A stretch of 64,000 nucleotides of DNA from Isurus oxyrinchus. Taxonomy: Eukaryota. The first letter of the stretch is position 1. Every line of letters starts with the position of its first letter. The stretch covers positions 682,001-746,000 of the forward strand of contig JANJGN010000088.1 in NCBI GenBank assembly GCA_026770705.1, written 5' to 3'. A program made the position numbers and the translations under genes. The notes below the pieces were generated by a model, which worked only from the letters and a program-made list of their open reading frames with translations, did no database searches and was not told where the DNA came from. Of the stretch, positions 58,511 to 64,000 are shown one piece after another.

Positions 58511-60835
58511 AAATAGGGGCAGCTGTCAGCCATTCATCCCTTTGAGCTTGTTTCAACATTCCATAAAAACATGTTTGATCCTGCCTCATCTCCATCTTCT
58601 CACGTTATTTCCAGATCCCTAAATTCCCTTCGCACCCAAAAACCCATCAATCTCTGCCTTCAATGTACTGAAGGACTGAGCATCAAGTCTCTCGGGCAGA
58701 GAACTGAAAAGATTCACAACCCTTTGAGTGAAGAACTATCCCCTCATCTCAGTTATCAATGGCCAACCCCTTTATCCTCAGACTGTGATACCTCGTTCTA
58801 GATTCCACAACCAAGAGAAATACCCTCCCAACATCTGTCAAACCCCTTAAGAATTTTATGGACCTGAAGTTTTGATCCATAATGCAGCTGTGGACAGCAC
58901 TACAGAAGCCAATAACACTCCTGGTGGGACACACTGTGCCGACAGCTGTTTCTGACACACCATGTGGGGCACCCCATGTTGAGACTGGTGCTCACCTCCC
59001 CTGTATGTGGTGAATCCACTGAACTGGTGATGTGATGACATCAATCAGACCTATTGGCTGATTTGATGCTGTGAATACAAATTTGGCCCACGCAGGACCA
59101 TTCAATGTATTCACCTCACACTCATCAAAGAACATGTGTTAAGCTGCAAGAGAGGCCCAGAAGAAGCATTATTTAAAGGGCCAGGCAACAACATGCAGCT
59201 GAGGTGCTTTTTGACTTACTTCTCCTCAGATTGAGTTTGTCGAAGGGCTGAGTAGTGTTTCTGGAAGTGGCTTTTGAAAGTTGCTGCTCAAAATCTGGGA
59301 ATTGCAGCCTGAGGTAGGTATGGCCACTGTACTGTTAGGAAGGGAGTTTCAAGATATTGACCTAGTGACAATGAAGAAATGGCAAGATCGTTCCAAGACA
59401 GGATGGTGTGTAGCTTAAAGGGCAACTTGCAAGTGGTGGAATTCCCATGTATCTGCTGCCCTTGTCCTTCTAGATGGAAGTGGTTGCGGGTTTGGAAGGT
59501 GATGCCATAGGAGCCTTGGTGAGTTGCTGCAGTTCATCTTGGAGATGGTACACATTGCTGCTACTGTGAATCTGTGGTGGATGAGTGATTATTAAGTGGA
59601 GGATGGAGTGATGATCAAGTGGGCTGCCTTGTCCGGGATGGTGTCGAGCTTCATGTTCCAGCTGTACTCATCCAGGCGGATGGAGAGTATTCCATCACAC
59701 TCCTGACTTGAGCCTTGTAGATGGAGGATGGGCTTTGGGAATCAGGAAGTGAGTTACTCAATGCAGAATTCCCAGACTCTAACCTGCTCTTGCAGCCACA
59801 ATATTTATACAGCTGTTACAATTCAGTCTTGGGATAATGTTGATAATGCAGGATTCAGTGATGGTAATGCCTCGAATGTCAAGGGAGATAGATTCTGCCT
59901 TTTGGAGATGGGCATTGCCTGGAACTCGCGTGTCACAAATATTATTTGCCAGTTCTCACCCCAAGCCTGAATGTTGTCCAGGTCTTCCTGCACATGGGCA
60001 TGGGCTGCTTCAGTATCTGAGGAGTCACAAAAGGTGCTGAACATTGTGCAACCATCAGTGAATATCCCCATCACTGGCCTTGTGATGGATGGAAGGTCAT
60101 TGATGGAGCAGCTGAAGACGGTTGGTCTTAGGACACTAGCCCGAGGAACTCTTGCAGTGATTTCATGGGACTGAGAGGACTGACATCCAACGACCTCAAC
60201 CCAAGTCCTCCTTACTAACTTCTGGGGGCTTGTCCCAAATTTGAGAGAGCTGCCCGACAGACTGGTCAAGTGACATCCTGACGTAGTCATATTTACGTAA
60301 TCACACTTACAGACAATGTCCCAGGCACCTCCATCACGATCCCACTGACAGGACAGGCCCACCAGAGGTGGCAGCACAGTGGCAGGCAGTTGGGTGGGAG
60401 TTGCCCTGGGAGTCCTCAACATCGACTCTAGACCCCATGAAGTCTCATGGCATCAGGTCAAACCTTGGCAAGGAAACCTCCTGCTGAATACCACGTACTG
60501 CCTCCCACCGCTTTCTGAGCTCCACCCCACACCCCACCGCCAACTCAACTGATGAATCAGTACTCCTCCATGTTGAAAACCACATGGAGGAAGCACTGAG
60601 GGTGACAAGGGCACAGAATGTACTTTGGTTTGGGAATTCAATGTCGTTTGCAAAGAGTGTCTCTGTAGCACCACTATTGAGCAAGCTGGCTGAGTACTAA
60701 AGGACATAGCTGCAAGGCTGGGCCTGCAGCAGGCGGTGAGGGAAGAACCTACTTGACCTCGTCATCACCAATCTACCTGTTGCAGATGCAACATGTCCAT
60801 GACAGTATTGGTAGGAGTCACCACCGCACATTTCT
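58510..60835. mobile_element. TE cluster: CR1 3' fragment (-), unclassified repeat ~58860-59290, LINE fragments (- 59300-60200; + 60200-60835)
   Basis: Homology to other copies in the window; RVPRASVLRPTVFSCSINDLPS. Confidence 0.72.
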
Positions 60836-60839
60836 TGCT

Positions 60840-60980
60840 CCTTTTAGCTCTGAAGAATAGTTATACCAACTCGAAATGTTAACTCTGTTTCTCTCTCCAC
60901 AGATGCTGTCAGACCTGCTGAGTTTTGCCAGCATTTTCTGTTTTTATTCCAGATTACCAGCATTCACAGTATTTTTCTTT
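60840..60980 (+). mobile_element. Penelope-derived fragment with a degenerate hammerhead
   Basis: AGCT-CTGAAGA-A-TAGTT..AACTC-GAAAT-GTT-AACT (60846-60884); paralogue of 24531-24672. Confidence 0.78.
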
Positions 60981-60984
60981 GTCA

Positions 60985-63135
60985 TAAAAACCCATCTGTT
61001 TTTCCCTTTAGGGAAGGAAATCTGTCACCCTTACCTGGTCTGGCCTACATGTGACTCCAGACACAGCAACGTGGCTGACTCTTAAATGCCCTCTGAAATG
61101 GCCGGGCAAACCACTAAGTTGTACCAAACCACTAAAAAGTGTGAAAGGAATGAAACCAGATGGACCATCCAGCATCAACCTAGGCACCGGAAACGATAGT
61201 GGCAAACTCAGCCCTGTGCACACTGAAAAGTCTTCCTCACTAACATCTGGGTGCTTGTGCCAAAGTTGGTAGAGCAGTCTCACAGGCTAGTCAAACAAGA
61301 GCCTGGCATGTTATTATTGACAGAATCATACCTTACAGACAATATCCCAGACACCACCATTAAAATCCCTGGGTATGTCCTGTCCCACCAGCAGGACAGA
61401 CCCAGCAGACATGGCTGCACAGTTGTATACAATCGGGAGGGAGTTGCACTAGGAGTCCTCAACAATGACTCTGGAACACATGAAGTCTCATGGCATCAGC
61501 TCAGACATGGGCAAGGAAACCTCCTGCTGGTTACCACAGACTGCGCCACCTCAGCTGATGAATCAGTACACCTCCATGTGGAACACCACTTGGAAGAAGC
61601 ACTGAGGGTGACAAGGGTGCAGAACACACTCTGGGTGGGGGACTGCAATGTCCACCACCAAAAGTGGCTCGGTCGTACCACCACAGACTGAGCTGACCGA
61701 GTCCTAAAGGACATAGCTGCTAGACCAGGTCTGCAGGAGGCGGTGAGGTATCCAATAAGAGGGAAAAACATACTCGACCGCATCCTTGACAAACTGCCTG
61801 CTGCAGATGCATCTGTCCATGATAGCATCAGTAGGAGTGACCACCGCACAGTCGTCGTGAAGACGAAGTCCCGCCTTCACATAGAAGATACCCTCCATTG
61901 TGTTGTGTGGCACTACCACTGTGCTAAATGCAATAGATTTCAAACAGATCTAGGAACTCAAGAATGGACATCCATGAGTCGCTGTGGACTATTAGCAGCA
62001 GCAGAATTGCACGCGAACACAATCTGTAACCTCATGGCCTGTCTCATGTGGTCCTCCCATAGCCAGTCATGAATGGTGATGGACAGTTAAACAACTCACT
62101 GGAGGAGGAGGCTCCACAAATATCACCATCCTCAATGTTGGAGCAGCCCATCACAGTAGTGCAAAAGATAAGGCTGAAGCATTCGCAACAATCTTCAGCC
62201 AGAAGTGCCGAGTGGGTGGTCCATCTCAGCCTCCTTCGGAGGTTCCCAACATCATAGATGCCAGTCTTCAACCAAGTTCATTCACTCCACGTGATATCAA
62301 GAAACAGCTGAAGGCACTGGACACTGCAAAGGCTGTGGGCCCTGACAATATTCCGGCAACAGTACTGAAGACTTGTGCTCCAGAACTTGCCGTGCCCCTA
62401 GCCAAACTGTAGTTACAACACTGGCATTTACCCGGCTACGTGGAAAATTGCCCTGGTATGTCCTGTACACAAAAAGCAGGACAAATCCAACCCAGTCAAT
62501 TACGGCTCCATCAGTCTATTCTTGATCATCATTAAAGTAATGGAAGGGGTCATCAACAGTGCTATTAAGCAGCACTTGCTTAGCAATAACCTGCTCACTG
62601 ATGCCCAGTTTGGGTTCAGCCACAGCCACTCAGCTCTTGACCTCATTACAGCCTTGGTTCAAACATGGACAAAAGAGCTGAATTCCCAAGGTGAGGTGAG
62701 AGTGAGAGTGGCTGCCCTTGTCATCAAGGCTGCATTTGACTGAGTGTGGCATCAAGGAGCCCGAGCAAAACTGGAGTCAATGGGAATTAGGGAGAAACTC
62801 TCCACTGGTTGGAGTCATACCTAGCACAAAGGAAGATGGTTGTGGCTGTTGGAGGTCAGTCATCTCAGCCTCAGGACACCACTGCAAGAGTTCCTCAGGG
62901 TAGTATCCTGGGCTCCACCATCTTCAGCTGCTTCATCAATGACCTTCCTTCCATCATAAGGTCAGAAGTGGGGATGTTCACTGATCATTGCACTATGTTC
63001 AGCTCCATTCACGACTCCTCAGATACTGAAGCAGTCCATGTCCAAATGCAGCAAGACCTGGACAATATCCAGGCTTGTGGTGACAAGTGGCAAGTGACAT
63101 TCAGGCCACACAAGTGTCAGGCAATCACCATAAGA
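60985..63135 (+). mobile_element. tRNA-headed-family LINE (APE plus RT), disrupted
   Basis: LLLTESYL..IPGY..WVGDCNVHH, QFGF and RVPQGSILGSTIF..GMFTDHC. The 5' part matches the short-retroposon body. Confidence 0.9.
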
Positions 63136-63139
63136 AATA

Positions 63140-63951
63140 GGAGCTTCCCCCTTGTTGGCTTTGGCTGCCTGTGCATAAGTGAGGCAGCGTTTGGGGCAGG
63201 TCCTGTCGAGGTGGCCTGCCTCACCACACAAGTTGCAGCACTTAGTCTATTTGTAGTCCTTTGTCTGGTGCCCTTCCTGTCTGCAGTTCTTGCAGAGGGC
63301 AGCCCTGCAGTTGGCCGCCACATGACCAGACTTGCCGCATGAATGACAACGTTTGGGCTGCCTAGCATTGACAAGGTAGCCACGGCTTCCCCCGATAGCG
63401 AAGCTGGAAGGAGGGTGGAAGATGGCTTCCTTACCATTGGTCTTGAGCATGACCTTAACCTGACATTTCATATCCAAATCCAGAAGGCGCCTCTAATCTC
63501 GGTGCACCTCCCAACCTTGTCGACGTGCCTGGTGAGGAAGGTAAACACATCGGCGACAGGGACATAGGGGTTGTAGAGATGCACCGTCACCACAAGGTCC
63601 CGTTGCAACAGCAGAGCAAAGAGCGGCTCCACCGTCAGGATCTTCATCTCCAGCTGGTCTCTCTTCTCCTCGAGCACCTTCAGGAACTTGATGCAAGCTG
63701 CCACACGCTTGAAAGTCACATTGAAACATCCAGCGCTGGGGAAGTCTTGCAGGGAGTAGATCTCCTCTGCTTCAAATCCATACACCTTCAACAGGAGCCG
63801 CTTGATGAAGAAGGCTCGATCCATGGGTGCTCCTCCTTCGCTGTCCTTCACCGTGACCCAGACGGTGTTAGGTACCCCATGGTATGGGGCGCGACTGGTT
63901 ATAGCCATCGCTTCATGACTACACTCGATCTTAGCCAAAAGGCTGAGAAGC
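63140..63951 (-). mobile_element. Keno-like Tx1 element 5' end: ORF1 with three CCHC-type knuckles, preceded by a U2 fragment
   Basis: FFIKRLLL..GF..EIYSLQDFP..FNVTF and CHSCGKSGHVAANC, CKNCRQEGH, CNMCGEAGHLDRTC. Confidence 0.88.
63918..63951 (-). pseudogene. RNU2: U2 snRNA 5' fragment (nt 4-37)
   Basis: GCTTCTCAGCCTTTTGGCTAAGATCGAGTGTAGT is 32/34 to vertebrate U2 and includes the branch-point-pairing GTAGT. Confidence 0.9.
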
Positions 63952-64000
63952 TTCAGTCACTTCTCAGCAGCACCGTCTGTTGGATGCTCTTCCTCCTGGT

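Overview
Eukaryotic genomic DNA, most consistent with a cartilaginous fish (shark). Bases 1-8.8 kb hold the 3' half of an immunoglobulin heavy-chain gene on the + strand, most likely IgW. It has four intact C1-type constant exons (probably CH3-CH6), a secretory tail with its own poly(A) signal, and TM1/TM2 membrane exons with a second poly(A) signal. The usual internal G|GTAA donor in the last CH exon reads A|GCAAAC here. The remaining ~55 kb has no recognisable host coding exon. It is a decayed ~72-bp GGGAA-rich satellite invaded by nested transposons: CR1 LINEs, a second LINE family with a tRNA-like head and its short derivatives, a SCAN-domain Gmr1-like Gypsy, an ERV-like relic with a tRNA-Ser PBS and an unusual env, Penelope fragments carrying hammerhead ribozymes, and Tx1/Keno-like elements, one fused to U2 snRNA nt 4-37. 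Embedded in it are three copies of a non-TE module with ETS/RFX/FOX-type motifs and a conserved minus-strand splice donor. This module is the best candidate for an undescribed regulatory system (3' enhancer array or antisense first exons). All calls are from reading the sequence by eye; TE boundaries are approximate.
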